Positions 47,004-60,552 of a stretch of 64,000 nt of DNA are shown here, piece by piece. The stretch is from the NCBI GenBank assembly GCA_030141605.1, contig JAQGDQ010000994.1, positions 7,969-71,968 of the forward strand. The letters run 5' to 3'. Within the stretch, counting starts at the first letter, position 1. Each line of letters begins with the position of its first letter. The notes under the pieces were generated by a model. That model made no database searches, was not told the origin of the DNA, and worked only from the letters and a program-made list of their open reading frames with translations. Origin of the DNA: Tubiluchus corallicola. Its lineage: Eukaryota; Animalia; Priapulida. The position numbers and the translations under genes are program-made.

Positions 47004-47460
47004 CAGTCAACCTCGGATATAACGGACAGCTCCAGACCGGAAAAACTGTCCCTTATATCCGATGTCCCTTATAGCCGAAGTTGAGTCGGACGTAGGATGT
47101 ATGTAGACCTGTACTTTTATCCATATTTTTATGGATTATTGCTACACATTCAGTGCAAACGGTATGTAGGAAGCTCCTTCAATGATACGAGATGTATGTG
47201 ACCGCGGAAACCAAGCTGTTCGAAGGCTGAGTTTTTGTAAAATTGAGGTTAAAAATCGAACAGTTTCGCTTTAATCATAGGGTCCCTTATATGCGAGGTA
47301 ATTTAACTGGGTTTCTATTACGCGGGACCTGAAGATATCGTCCCTTATAACCGAAAGTATCTTATATCCGAAGATTTTTACATAGGAAAAACGTTACAAA
47401 AAATCGGGACCGGTGTTGGTGGTCCCTTATAAGCGAGTACCTTATACCCGAGGTTGACTG
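47004..47460. mobile_element. pogo/Tigger-like MITE, complete
   Basis: TA|CAGTCAACCTCGG...CCGAGGTTGACTG|TA. Confidence 0.9.
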
Positions 47461-47859
47461 TATGCTTACAATGTTCTGACAGAGTATGACAGTATGACAA
47501 TGTTATGACAATACGGAATAGACATGTTATTGTCTATCATAATTAATCTGAACAAAGTGGCTTTGTATTCATTAACTAGGCATTCTAAAATGGCAGACCA
47601 ACCGACTACAATACTTGCTCATAATACATGTAAATAAAAAGGCGTTTAATTGTTTAGCAAGATTATAAAAAAACTTGTGTGAGGATTTATGCAGTCAGAT
47701 AAAAAACTAACATACTACACACTTCAACTACATTCTACGAGCCATAATGTGTAAATAACAGTAATATTGCAAAACCGATAAGCCACGTTAGAAGAAATTA
47801 AAATATTGCGTCATGGTGTTAGTATCAGTAAAACCGAATAAAAATGCTATTGCTAAACA

Positions 47860-48480
47860 AGTGTCACCTATTACCGATTTGTACACAACTGTGTCACTTA
47901 TTACCGATTTGTACACAACTGTGTCACTGTGTCACTCATTACCAGTTTGTACACAACTGTGTCACTTATTACCGATTTGTACACAACTGTGTCACCTCAT
48001 TACCAGTTTGTACACAACTGTGTCACTTATTACCGATTTTTACACAACTGTGTCACTTATTACCGGTTTGTACACTACTGTGCCACTTATTACCAGTTTG
48101 TACACTACTGTGTCACTTATTACCGATTTGTACACAACTGTGTCACCTATTACCGATTTGTACACAACTGTGTCACTTATTACCGATTTTTACACAACTG
48201 TGTCACTTATTACCGGTTTGTACACTACTGTGCCACTTATTACCAGTTTGTACACTACTGTGTCACTTATTACCGATTTGTACACTACTGTGTCACCTAT
48301 TACCGATTTGTACACAACTGTGTCACTTATTACCGGTTTGTACACAACTGTGTCACTTATTACCGGTTTGTACACCACTGTGTCACTTATTACCAGTTTG
48401 TACACCACTGTGTTACTCATTACCAATTTGTACACCACTGTGTGACTCATTACCAATTTGTACACCACTGTGTGACTTAT
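47860..48480. repeat. 30-bp minisatellite, ~20 units (TGTCACTTATTACCGATTTGTACACAACTG)
   Basis: Direct; lies ~370 bp past ZZEF1 stop. Confidence 0.95.
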
Positions 48481-48847
48481 GACTGGCTGGGACTATTGCT
48501 AGGCATCAAAGCTTTCTTTGCAAAGCACATGCTATATAAAAACCAACAGTGGCTGCAGAAACACTATAGAAAAATCTTATATTTCAGCGTAACTGAAATG
48601 ACACTTTGTTAGAAAAAGTTAAAAGCTCTCTACGGAGCAACAGCTTTAAATTGACAACTTCAATTATATAATACAACTTTACAGTTCACACGTATTAATG
48701 CACCATTAAACATTTTTTCACACACAGTCTTTTCTGAAATGAACTTTTTTCATTGTCTTCATTTTAAAGTAGTTAAATAGTAAACAGTATTTTACAATAC
48801 AATGCATGTGGCAAAAAAGATTATTTACAATACCCTTTACTAGCATT

Positions 48848-51800
48848 TTAACTCTGTTTCTTTTCTAGCTGCTTTTTCTTCTCTTCGTCTACAACAAGTA
48901 ACTCTGTGGCCGTGTTGCTGTAGCCGATGGCTACGCTCACAGCTGCTATGCTAATCAACCCTTCCTTTACCATGTGTTTAATCGCGTCATAGTCTTGAAT
49001 TGCGACCAAATATTCCCGACTCATTCCCCACTTGGTGGCCAATGATTCGGCAACAAAGAACAGTTCGGTGAGGGACCGCTTCAGATGGGAAACAATGCCA
49101 GTGTTGCAGTCATTGTTCTCTGTGTTCATTTCGCAGAAGTATACCCATAAGGGTCGGAGCAGGGTCAAATCGACTCTGTCTTTACACTGCTGCTTCCAGC
49201 AACCGTCTAATATCCGCAGCACTAACTCAATGGTTTTCAGTCTGTGGTGACCGGTTTTCTTACACACAAGGTACACCAAACATGACCACACCTCACCAAT
49301 GGATAACAAACATAGAGTCCTCGGATCGGAAAGAAGATTCTGTAGGATTTCGTATCCGCTGTCAAACCTGCCCATGTTGCCACCGGTTACGGTAAACTTA
49401 TATCCCCATGTGTTGCTTTTATCGTCGGGAAAATGAGCCCGGAAACTGTAATACAGCGTGTCACCAGGAAGGTAAAAATCTTGAAATGATTCATTGCCCA
49501 GAACATGCGAGTTCTGCGTCAAGTTAGAATCAGTGGCAATCGTCAGTTCTTCACATGGAGAAATGTTACAATGGTTGTCAAACTTTATCATGAGGTAAGA
49601 TGCCCCGGGTATTGTGACCTTCTCTAAATCACGATATTCATTCCAACCCGTATTGTGAGGCGACTCTTTCGTGATAGCCATCAAAGTAGATTCCTCCATG
49701 AAATTGCAGGCTGCTTGAGCCATGGGAATGAGCACTTCGTCACTACAAAGCTTCAGCACCTTACTAACCAGATGTTGGAAATCTTTTCTGCTGTCCGTCT
49801 TATGCAGCAAGTCTAGGACACAAGCAACCTGAAAGTCGTCCGAGCAGCCAAGCAGTTTGCCACTTATAACAGATTCTTCCAGTGGCCAGTCTGCAAGAAC
49901 TGCTGTTAGGACATAGCGGGAGTAATAAATTGCTAGTGCCAAATTGACCTTGTACAAGTATGGTCTTGTCAAGACATCTGCGTGACTGTCTAATTCTTGT
50001 TTCAGTAACTGAGTGGATTTATAACGTTGTTTCTTCACTAGTTCATCTTTGGTCTCCATGTCAAACATCTGCATAAGGCACTGGCTCGGCTCGGCTTTCT
50101 CTTTTACAACGGCTTCCGCGCGTTTATCGGTGGTAACTTTTGGCACGATCATCAACATACCAGTGTCGATGGCTTTATCATCCTCGGTGTCCGTATCTTC
50201 GGTAAGCTTCTCGCCAAACTCGGTGAAGCGAGATCGCCAAGCACACAGATCAGAAGCAGGTGCTGTAATGATTGTTCCGATTAAATTCTTGTAGATCTCA
50301 ACCACAAGGGCTTCTTTTCCACTTCCTTGTTCATACAGCTGCAATATATCACTATACGGCATTCCCATGTGATCATGTAATAACTCACTGCACACCTTAG
50401 CCTTAGTATCCATCTGTCTGATGGCTTCGGGAAGATCTTTGTCAACTGAATCTTTAGCCTTATCAATTTTTTTCTCCGGCTTAAAGACATCGTCAGCTTT
50501 GGCATCACTCTCAATGAGGTTGCTTTCTGCTGTAGCATTTAGCATCAGTGCAAGCACTTCTAACTCCTCCACCATCCATTGTCGACTAAACTGAGTTCCT
50601 ATTCCCGCTAAGTACAGCAGACCCTGTACTAGCTGAACGTCGCAAAGTCCAGAAAGTACAGAGTTATCACAGTTCAAGTAGGCGCTGTGTAACGTTTTCA
50701 ACGTCAGAGCTAGAACCCACACCGACTGCGGCTCAAGAGTTGCACCGGCTTTCAGCAGCCAGGAAACCGATTTTGCCGTTTCCAGAAGGATTTTCAGATG
50801 GTGTGAATCTACGATGTTTATATGTTCTTTAACACACTCAATGTACTGATCTTTCACAGTTTTTCGTTTTCTGCTTTTCGAATCCGCCAGTAAACATTTG
50901 GTATTGTCGGGAAAATGTTTGACAACTATCGCTCGCCTATTATCTGCTCCGCTCTCATTATATAACACTTTCGTGCCCGTGGTTAAAATCTCTGGAAAGC
51001 CGGCAGCGACAAATAAAGCAAAAATTGACAATGGGTCTATCTCATCTCTCAACTTGTTTACACACTTGGTGATGTATTCCATTACCGTTTTTCTCCATTT
51101 ATCGTTGTTGCTCAATCTTTGTAAGATTGTTACTAAGCAACTAGCCCATTCGTGACAACTGCGGGTGAGACACTGCATTCCGAAATGAAACAGGAAATCC
51201 ACTGCCACGAATGCCGGATCTGCTTCAGACGGCATTTCCATGTTATCAGCATCGCACACTGAACTACTGCAAACGTCTGGATCGGACCACAACATAAGTC
51301 TTCCTAAGATCGCCAGTGCCATAAGGGAAGTCCTAGAATCATGTGTCGTCTGTCCCTTAGACATTTTGAGCAAAAGCATCAAAAATTCTTTGCTGTTAAT
51401 GCCACCCAGCAATGAAAACTTTTCCATGTTCATCGAGTCGGGTATCATTGATCCCACAAGACCTATAATTCTTTCTTGGGAATGCACAGCAAAAGCTATT
51501 TGCTTCTGAATGGCAATGCCAACGTTTGGTACATAGGAGTCACATGAAATCTGTTGTAAGCAGTCCTGGATTAGATCAACACACTGCTGATGCAAGGAAC
51601 TTGCATTTAAAAGATACTCTGTATCTAAAACGTCACTTTCTGAGTACAAAACGCTTGTTAGCGTAAGTGTAAATGAAGTAAAAAGTAACCAGACATGCTG
51701 GTGAATATACGCTTGTATAATGCACTCTGCTTGGTTAGTATTTCGTAGTTTTACTAATGGATGATTTACCGTTGCATGCGTCGCGTTATGTCCGGATGGA

Positions 51801-54237
51801 AACTGTTTGTTTCGTTCGCATCCTAAACACAAGTCAAAATCCTCACACTCTGTGCAGTGGACGCGGGTTCCTACAATGAAAGCATGGCAGCCATCACATT
51901 TATATGTCATGTCGACGAATTCGTGATCGTCTTTATGAACCACCTGATCTTCATCTTCTTCTTGTGAGGGCTTTATACCCGAAATGAAACAAGTTGAACA
52001 CAGATCTAAATCCGGACATTGCAGACATCGGTAACGTCGACCCGGCAGCGTAATACCGCAACCGTCACAGCAAATTTCTACATCCAATAAATCTGAAAAC
52101 CTTGCGATGAACATCTGCTTGTCCTTCCGCGACACCGGGGTGTTATGCTCGTACCACTTGTCCAAGTTACTTTTGGCTTCGGGAAGCCATTTCATGTACC
52201 GCTCGTATTCAGTAAGCTCGGTCTCCTCATTCAGATCGCACTCGGCCACATCGCGGATCGTTACGGTGCTACGTGCGATGTTCAACAGCAAAGATGGAAA
52301 ATCGATTTCCTTCAAAAATGCAAGGTCGTAAAGCTGCCAAGAGTTATCTAGAATATGAACAAGACAGGCCTGAACAAAGTCATACAGAGGAACTAAACTA
52401 TTGGGCATGTCATCTCTGTCCGTCTTTTCGGTAGCTGAGATGAGTTTCTGAACGAGCTGATAATAGTTCTTGCGAACGATACTTTCCAAGTCAAAGCCAC
52501 ATCCATCGAGGTTGTCGGCATAGTGGCCGACGTCGCGAGCTTGAGAACTCAACATCTCTTGTAAGAAAAGAATATTTGGAAGCTGCAGAATGTTACCGCT
52601 TTCTCCGAGATCTAAGAAATCGTGCGCAAAATTGAGAGCAAAAGCTGTCGCGCTGGCTCGATGCTGCCTCTGCAACAGAACTTGTTCGACTTTCTCGTTT
52701 GTCAAGCTGGTGTCCCGAATGAAGCCCAGAATCAGCCTAAAGCATGGATTCTTCTCGTGCGCGATAATTTCTTCGGTGCGCAGCCGACTACCGTCATTTG
52801 AAAGTCTGGTCTGTCTCTTCATGCTGAACTTATTCAACTTGTTGTTTAGTTTGATGTCAACTTTTGAGAGGCCAGAAAATTTCAAAAGAAATTGGGCCTT
52901 TTTGATGCATAGGTGGACTGGATCTTCCGATTCTGGGATGTCCTCGTTATCCGTGGCCCCGGCAAGCTTTAGACGTTGCCTCTGTTCAATAAGATAATTC
53001 CTTATTCCCTCTGCAGACACATATGCACTTATGAGTTCATCACTTATTACTATATCATCATCATCACTCTGAGTTGAAATTTTATCTATTTCTTCTCTCA
53101 GAGACTGAGTGTGCCACAATAAAGCAGCAAATACTGACACCACGGCAGCGTCGACAAGGTCACCGCCGAAGCCAACTCTTCCGCTTCTTTCTTTACAGTC
53201 GCTTATCAACTTTGAGGCTTTCTTCGATTTACTGCTCAGCATGTCCAAGAGGAAAGCATTAGCCTTGCAGTCGATGGTGCATGCCGCATGTCTTCCAGAC
53301 AATGACCGCATAAGTCTGCCGACAACGTAACCACCACGGAATATGGTGGTCCAGAGGTCGTTGTTCTCCGTGTCATAGTCGACGAGCTGGGTGTGGTCAT
53401 GAATACAGCAACTAGCCATTGTGCCAAGAAGCTTTGCACAGACTAACTGCATATCAAACATCCAGCATAGTGGCATGTCGGCATAACCTTTAGCTGTTAT
53501 CTTAAACTTGTAACCCCACTCATTGTTACTACCGTCAGAATGAAACAACAGTTGCAACAAATTGCCTCCAGAAAAGGTATAAGTTAAAGGCCACCGATCC
53601 GTGTCTGCTTTTCCGTCAAACTTCTTCTTCATGCCTTTTGCATCGGTGAATTCTAAGTAGTCGTACTTGGCTTCCGTTTCGCACCGCGGATCGAACTCGA
53701 CCACAAAAGAGGAAGCACCTGGACAAACAAACGTCTGCTTCATATTCTGATTGTTCTCGTAGTTGTGACTAGACTCCAGTTCCCAATGCCTCAGCACCAC
53801 GTGCGACTGCTGACACTCGCTCCACTTTTCGCTGTCGTACTTCCAGAACAACATAGGCAAGCGATTACTGATCTCGCATAGAATCTTCATGATTTTAAAC
53901 AGATGGTCCATCAGCTTGATCAGAGCATTGGCTTCGAGCTCCTTGCAAAATAACGATAGTGAGAGAACGAGCTGGCGGATGCTGCGTCCGATAAACGTGG
54001 ATTCCATCCTCCATACGGTGTCCTCCAGCTTCACCACGTCCTCCATCTTGCACAAGGAAGTGAGAACGGATATGGCTCTGAATACCGCCACATCGACGTA
54101 CTTTGTAAGAAGGGTTTCTGCAGCGTCGATGTGGCTTCTGATGCCAGATTCCAGCTGAAGCTTGCACCATGACAACACACTGTTTTGCAAAGAGCACAGC
54201 AGATTGAGCAGCGACTCTGACAACGCACTCGTTGTAC
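48848..54237 (-). CDS. ZZEF1: ZZ-type zinc finger and EF-hand protein 1, 5.4-kb terminal exon
   Basis: 1791-aa ORF; CUB-like ESSHNYENN...FDPRCETE.KYDYLEF...SNNEWGYKF; two ZZ fingers (CDGC...YRCLQCPDLDLCSTC; CDGC...HCTECEDFDLCLGC); acceptor ttccag at 54238. Confidence 0.93.
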
Positions 54238-55063
54238 CTGGAAAGCAAAAATGTCAGATTAATTAAAATGTGGCCTAATTATACAAAGGACAAGAAAAGG
54301 GGCACCTGAAGTAGGTTTCAGAAAAATCGCCTTAAAAATTATACTACTTAACAATATTTTTATGCATTTATCTTACTCGCACTGAAAGGAATTTTAGTTT
54401 GTCTTCATTTTAAATCTCCCGCAATACTTTTCCGATGTCGCCATTACATGACGTTATGTACCAAACGTAAATCAAGGGAAGAAAAGGCAATGTTAAATTA
54501 TGTCTCAAAAGACTTTCCGTGCAAATCTATATTTCTTAGATTTTTGCTTACCTGCTAGAAAGACTTTATGTAACTACAAAAGAAAATTATTAATTATTTA
54601 AAATACTTTCATCAATTGGTAAAATGTTACTGACTTACCCTCCAGGGAGCACCACTCGCTAACCAACTATTTTTAATCTTGTTGACAAGGTACAGTAATG
54701 TAAAATTTTTCTTAATAATTACTATGACGTGTTTGCTATGACTGCTCTGACTATTTTTTTCAAACTTCACTCAGTGTTATCTAAACTCATTTCAAATGAC
54801 TTATCATCAAAATGGCTGCATCTAACAGCCATCGCGGGAGTTTAAATTTACTTGTTGTAATGCCGACGCAAGCGCTGTATGCAAAAAGGCAATATATGAG
54901 TGGTATAAAATTTTAAGATGAATTTTTTGAGCTGTATTTAAGTGGGAAGGGTTTTCTTGTGCTCTAAGCGAGTCTAGGAATTACAAGACCCACTAGACCT
55001 TAGTTCACGGATAAATATAAATATACTTTAATATTTTAGCGATAATACTCTTTCTTATTTGAT

Positions 55064-55651
55064 AACTTAGCCACTGGGGGGGGGGGGGGGCAAGCCAGCC
55101 CAATTCAGCGCCGGTCACAAGCCCGGATAAATAGGGAGGGTTAGGGTCAGGAAGGGCATCCGCCTGTAAAAACTGCGCCAAAACCTTCTATGAATGAGTC
55201 GGTGAGACTTAAAGGTAAGGTCCACAAAGAAGTGGTCAGACCCGCTCTAATCTATGGGCTGGAAGCAGCTTCTCTAAAGAAGACGGAAGAGAAGAAAATG
55301 GGTGTGGTGGAGATGAGGATGTTGAGATGGATGGTGGGAATAACAAGAAGAGATAAAATTAGAAATAATAATATCAGAGGAACAGTAAAAGTAGTGGAAG
55401 CCTCGCAAGGTTGCGATGGTATGGACACCTGAATAGAAGAGTCGGGTGAAGATCATGTGGGAAGGGAGGTCATGGAAACGGAAGTGCTGGGAAATAGAAG
55501 AAGAGGACGACCCAAGCGGAGATGGATTGAATGTATTAATGGAAACCTTAGAGAGAAGAACATAAATGAAGAGATGGTCAACTACAGGAATGCGTGGAGA
55601 AGACTCATTCACAACGGCGACCCCACATAGGGAAAAGCTGGGAAGAAGAAG
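55064..55651 (+). mobile_element. Internally deleted RTE-clade non-LTR element
   Basis: 17-bp TSD ACTCTTTCTTATTTGAT; VRPALIYGLE...EMRMLRW...TRRDKIRN RT C-terminus; (GAA)n tail. Confidence 0.88.
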
Positions 55652-55741
55652 ACTCTTTCTTATTTGATCCATTTTTCTAATTTTTCTCACTTTTTTTCTG
55701 AAAAATCAAAGTTCTTGAAGAAAATTATTGAAATTTCTTAC

Positions 55742-55934
55742 CTTGTTCAGCTAGAGTCGTACACTCGCTGCACGACACAGACAGAAGTTTCTCCATCACG
55801 GTGACGTTTGCTTCCACGTTGTAATCCAGCGGTACCAACACCGGAAGACTGAGAATTCCCTGCGGATCCACAGCACCGAAGAAAGAACATAAAGATTGAA
55901 AGACCATACCCATTGACTCAGATACTTTCTCATT
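55742..55934 (-). CDS. ZZEF1: ZZEF1 exon
   Basis: ttttag|NEKVSESMGMVFQSLCSFF...EQ|gtaaga; phases fit neighbours. Confidence 0.85.
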
Positions 55935-56405
55935 CTAAAATAACAGTTACATCATTTGACTACTAATAATTAAACCTTGTAGTCTTTTACATGTTTTACA
56001 AAAGGTGTCATACGTGTTCCAAACCCAGGAAGTTTTGCATTACTACAGATTAGTAATGTGTCGGGAAATCCGCCTTAAACCAGCCTGGCTTCATTGGCAG
56101 TCTTGCAATACTATTTAGATCGTATACTTCACGCATGTGTAACCATGCGTTTGGTTAACCTTACCTATAAAGAAGGACCACCTATGAGCAAGTACCACAA
56201 GAGGTGGTCCTTTTTTCCTGTCAAGCATATAGGCCTATATGTGAAATTATTGACTTGAAGTGCTGCAGATTATGTGACTATTTTTGTTGTGATTTGAAAC
56301 TTAATTTGAAATTTGGATTTTTGTTAATAAATTGTATTATTACTGCGGCACATATTATATAATTCGTTTTGCTCTAATGATTATTTTTTGACTCGTTTAT
56401 TTGTT

Positions 56406-56407
<2 letters not shown>

Positions 56408-56487
<80 letters not shown>
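56408..56487. repeat. (CT)n microsatellite
   Basis: Direct. Confidence 0.95.
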
Positions 56488-56490
<3 letters not shown>

Positions 56491-56684
56491 TTCTCTCCTT
56501 TTAAAGCTGTTTGGCATTAAACTCAAGTTCACACACAATTTTTTCGATAAAGTGTCAGGTAGTACAATTAACAGCTAATAAAATTATTTTGCCACGACAC
56601 TACTGTAAATATAATTTTTCTAGTTCGATTTTTTGTTGTACTTTTTAAAATGTGATTCTAAGAATTTGCAAATAAAAAACTTAC

Positions 56685-57359
56685 ACTAATAGTATCAATC
56701 ATATCGAATAACTGGCGCCGCCTGGCGTCCTCATCTGGAAAGAACACGGTTGCTCCACTACCAATAATATCCTTAGCAACTGCCTTTAAATCTTTGTGAC
56801 AATTGATAACTCGCTCATCAATGACATCACTCAGATATTGAAACAAACGGTTTACCGAATCAGAGGCTTTCACACCGGTATTTTCCAACGTCGGCAAAAT
56901 GCAGAGCAGCAGTTTCAAACTCAGAATCTTGCACGACGTCCACATGGGGTCGCTGTTGCTCGGAAACCCGTTGTAGAGTTTCCAGAACGAGTCAAAACTG
57001 AAGTTGCCGTACTCGATGGTCAACGGATAGTCGAAACATCGAAACACTGGCTGTCTCCAAGCAAGAGCGCTAACAAACTGTAGTGTCCGCACTAGTACAT
57101 ACGAACACGGCAACGGTTCGTCATTCTCCGAAGAATTCGATGCGTGCGATAAAGTTTTATTGATTAAAGAATGAGAGAAACTTTTGCCTATCAAATCTTC
57201 CCCGGAGTGCTCACTCACTAGAAAGTTCTGCGTCTGTTCCCGATGTTTGTAACCGTAAAATTTTACGGAGAGAATTCCGACATGCTCGGCGAAAGCCTGC
57301 CGGGGGTGAAAGAGTTTAAGTAAGACGTTCTTTCCACAGACGATTTCATCAACAATGAC
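56685..57359 (-). CDS. ZZEF1: ZZEF1 exon
   Basis: tttcag|VIVDEIVCGKNVLLKLF...GATVFFPDEDARRRQLF...IS|gtaagt. Confidence 0.88.
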
Positions 57360-57878
57360 CTGAAAAAAGAACAATGACAAACTTAATTATGGTGATTTAA
57401 TTAGTCAAGTTCTACAGGGTGTCCTAGAAGTCACTTCACATTTTCTATATTTAGGGGAAATTTGATACAGCTTCTATGAAAGATATTTTTATAGGGTTAT
57501 ATTTTTATACAGTCATACCTCTGTTTTCGACCATAATTTGTTCCTAAAAAGTGTTTGAAAACCGATTTGGTTAAGTAGCGAATCATTTATTCTCATAAGA
57601 AATAATGTAAAAGCAAATAATCCGCTCTCAAGCTAAGGTGGCACCTCAGGTGCAAGTTGAACCTATGTATAAGATCCAGGATGTTTCCCAACAAGGTACC
57701 CCTAAGTACATTTGATTTAGTAAACATTAAGAAAATTATTGGCTTCATTACTAGAGAAGCCATTCAGAATGTAAAAAGTGCAGGAAATGTGAATGAGCTT
57801 GAAATTCACTCTTTGCTAAATGCTTAACATCTAAAAAAGAAGATATGTGTTTTCGAAATAGGTTATCCGCACCCAGTA

Positions 57879-58362
57879 CAGTCATACCTCTGTTTTCGAC
57901 CATAATTAGTTCCTAAAAAGTGTTTGAGTACCGAATCATTTATTCTCATAAGAAATAATGTAAAAGCAAATAATCCGTTCTCAAGCTCCAAATGAACTGT
58001 AAAGTATTACTAAAACGAAATATAATAATGTAAAAATGTTTATGCAAACAGCAGACATGATATAATTGATAAGAAAAACATAATAGAATTACTATGAAAG
58101 AAAAACATAATTGTTCCTGCATGAAAAAGCGGAGAAAAATAAGCGTAGAAAGCACTTAGAGATGTTAGGCAATTCAAATCTTGTGTGTGACTACTCTCGG
58201 GCGCAGTCGGTTACGCTCGGCTCGCCACACGTGTTCATCACGTTTGGCAGTTGGTCGAGTACCGAAATTCTGGTCGAGAGCAGAGACAATTTCAGCTCGA
58301 ATTTTCTAGTCGAAAACTGATCTGTACGAGTACGAAGACGTTCGACAACAAAGGTATGACTG
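57879..58362. mobile_element. Tc1/mariner-pogo-like MITE (extra left-end copy at 57510-57630)
   Basis: TA|CAGTCATACCT...AGGTATGACTG|TA. Confidence 0.8.
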
Positions 58363-58619
58363 TACTTTTAAGAAACAAAGCAAAATATTTGAAGATCAAT
58401 ACAGATTAAGTAAAACTTTGGACAATTCTTTTAGTCAAATTAGACGAAAATCTGAAAAGAACTACTGTACTAGCAGGCTTTGTTGTTTTTGGTACTTTCT
58501 TTGGGGACATCAAGAACTTCAGAGAACAATCAAATGGCAAGTTGGGCATCTTGCATTGAGAAGGTCTCTCGTAGCTCATGAGTGGTGAAGAAGGACTGGA
58601 ACTTGATGAAGAACTACAT

Positions 58620-59190
58620 TGTTAATAGTGAGAGAATGGTGTTAATAGTGAGAGAATGGTGTTAATAGTAAAATAATGGTGTTAATAGTGAGAGAATGGT
58701 GTCAATGGTGAGAGAATGGTGTTAATAGTGAGAGAATGGTGATAATAGTGAGAGAATGGTTTTAATAGTGAGAGAACGGTGTTAATAGTGAGAGAATGGT
58801 GTTATTAGTGAGAGAATGGTGTTAATAGTGAGAGAATGGTGTTATTAATGACAGAATGGTGTTAATAGTGAGAGAATGGCGTTAAAAAATGTGAGAGAAT
58901 GGCATTAATAGTGAGAGAATGGTGTTAATAGTGAGAGAATGGTGTTAATAGTGAGATAATGGTGTTAATAGTGAGAGAATGGTGTTAATAGTGAGAGAAT
59001 GGTGTTAATAGTGAGAGAATGGTGTTAATAGTGAGAGAATGGTGTTAATAGTGAGAGAATGGTGTTAATAGTGAGAGAATGTTGTTATTAGTGAGAGAAT
59101 GGTGTTAATAGTGAGAGAATGGTGTTAATAGTGAGAGAATGGTGTTATTAGTGAGAGAATGGTGTTATTAGTGAGAGAATGTTATTATTA
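58620..59190 (+). repeat. 20-bp minisatellite (GTTAATAGTGAGAGAATGGT), left inverted arm
   Basis: About 28 units. Confidence 0.97.
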
Positions 59191-59690
59191 GTTCAGATGT
59201 GTTAGTTTGTGACGAACTGCACACATCCGACAGCTGATGCCTGAGTACAGCGTTAAATTTGAAATTTGAATTTTTATCTTAAAACTTACCTAGTTTTAGT
59301 ACAACATACTGAATATATTACAGTAACACTGTACTTCAATTTTCTCTTTTGGAAACACGTGCAACATGCTCGTGGAATATTTTTGCTGTTATTGCTATTG
59401 TTGAAAATTATGTTAGTTTGTGATGTTATCAATGCACATATGTTTACATTGTTAACTCTTAAGTGTCGGCAAGCAGAACCCTAGAAAATAAGTATTGACA
59501 CAGTTCAATGACATGCCTCCGTGCCATTTTTCATTTCGGTGATGAATCGCAACATTGTGACCACTTGGTTATTCATCCTACTTTAGTGTTGATGTTGATA
59601 TGAATATTAATATTGCTATGTTGTAAACTTTCAATGAACGTTTTCTCGGTTATGCAGATGAAGTTGTTTCTTGTTTTCGTGTTTCCCTAG

Positions 59691-59936
59691 ATACCGGCAG
59701 CCTCGTGTTTGACATCCATGGATAATGTCTACAAGTCGGCTATCCTTTACCACTCGACACAATTGCAAATGAATGTAGCAGGTGCTGACGGAGGAATGCG
59801 GGATAACAGCACCGGCTGTGCGAATGTTGTGAGCTCTTCGCCCGGTGATGGCTATGTTACTGCTAAAGGCAACAGAAAAGCTAACCTGTATTTCAAATCA
59901 CATACGTTTGTTGAAATCACAAAATTACATATCAAG
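59691..59936 (+). CDS. ZZEF1: ZZEF1 exon on opposite strand (A)
   Basis: ccctag|IPAASCL...GDGYVTAKGNRKANLYF...ITKLHIK|gtaaga. Confidence 0.8.
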
Positions 59937-60005
59937 GTAAGAAATAAAATGTTTGTTTACGACAAAGTTTATTTAGACAATTGCTATGGTGGTATTCCAA
60001 ACATT

Positions 60006-60552
60006 AGGCATATGGCCAAATCACGTTGAAAACACCGGTTCTCATCTAATCACCGAAGTTAAGCAACATAGAACCTGGTTAGTATTTGGATGGGTGACCA
60101 CCTAAGAATACCAGGTGCTGTAGGCTTGCGGGATGCCCACACTGTATCTCAACACTAGGCAGAGGAGCTGTACCAGCAGCCAACGGCTAGAGGGCGGAGA
60201 ACGTCAAGTGACCCAACGGCCATGTGTAGAGGAGTAAACCGTCCAAATCAGGAGTGGAGCCCCGAAGGCGGACCAGTGCAGCATGCTCACTCACTCCGGT
60301 AGCTCCTGCAGCCAACCTGGTGCCAAACGTATCGCTCCGCTTTCCTTTGGACTACACCAGCGAGGAAAAGAGGGGTTTCCTGTTGTCTGGGCAACTCAGG
60401 ATCTCCACACTCTTTGCCCAGGCGTGCGCCCTGGAGACGTTCAAGGATCGCAATGCTCAGTCACAGTCGATGCTGCAGCTCCATCAATGTGATCAATAAC
60501 TGACTCTCTTGGCACACACTACATTGTCTTCCGAGACAGAAGGATGCCAACC
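60006..60552 (+). mobile_element. 5S rRNA-derived SINE (SINE3-type), full length
   Basis: 5S-like head 60008-60127, ~425-bp body, 12-bp TSD ATTCCAAACATT. Confidence 0.88.
60008..60127 (+). pseudogene. 5S rRNA-derived head (diverged, not a functional rRNA gene)
   Basis: CACGTTGAAAACACCGGTTCTC...CACCGAAGTTAAGCAAC...GGTTAGTATTTGGATGGGTGACC...GGTGCTGTAGGCTT. Confidence 0.85.

Noticed and set aside
47813-48612. 200-aa repetitive ORFs in three frames
   Set aside because: 30-bp minisatellite, no splice or homology support
49032-54158. Short + strand ORFs within ZZEF1
   Set aside because: Antisense shadows of the long coding exon
60008-60127. Functional 5S rRNA gene
   Set aside because: Many substitutions, no T-run terminator, embedded in TSD-flanked element
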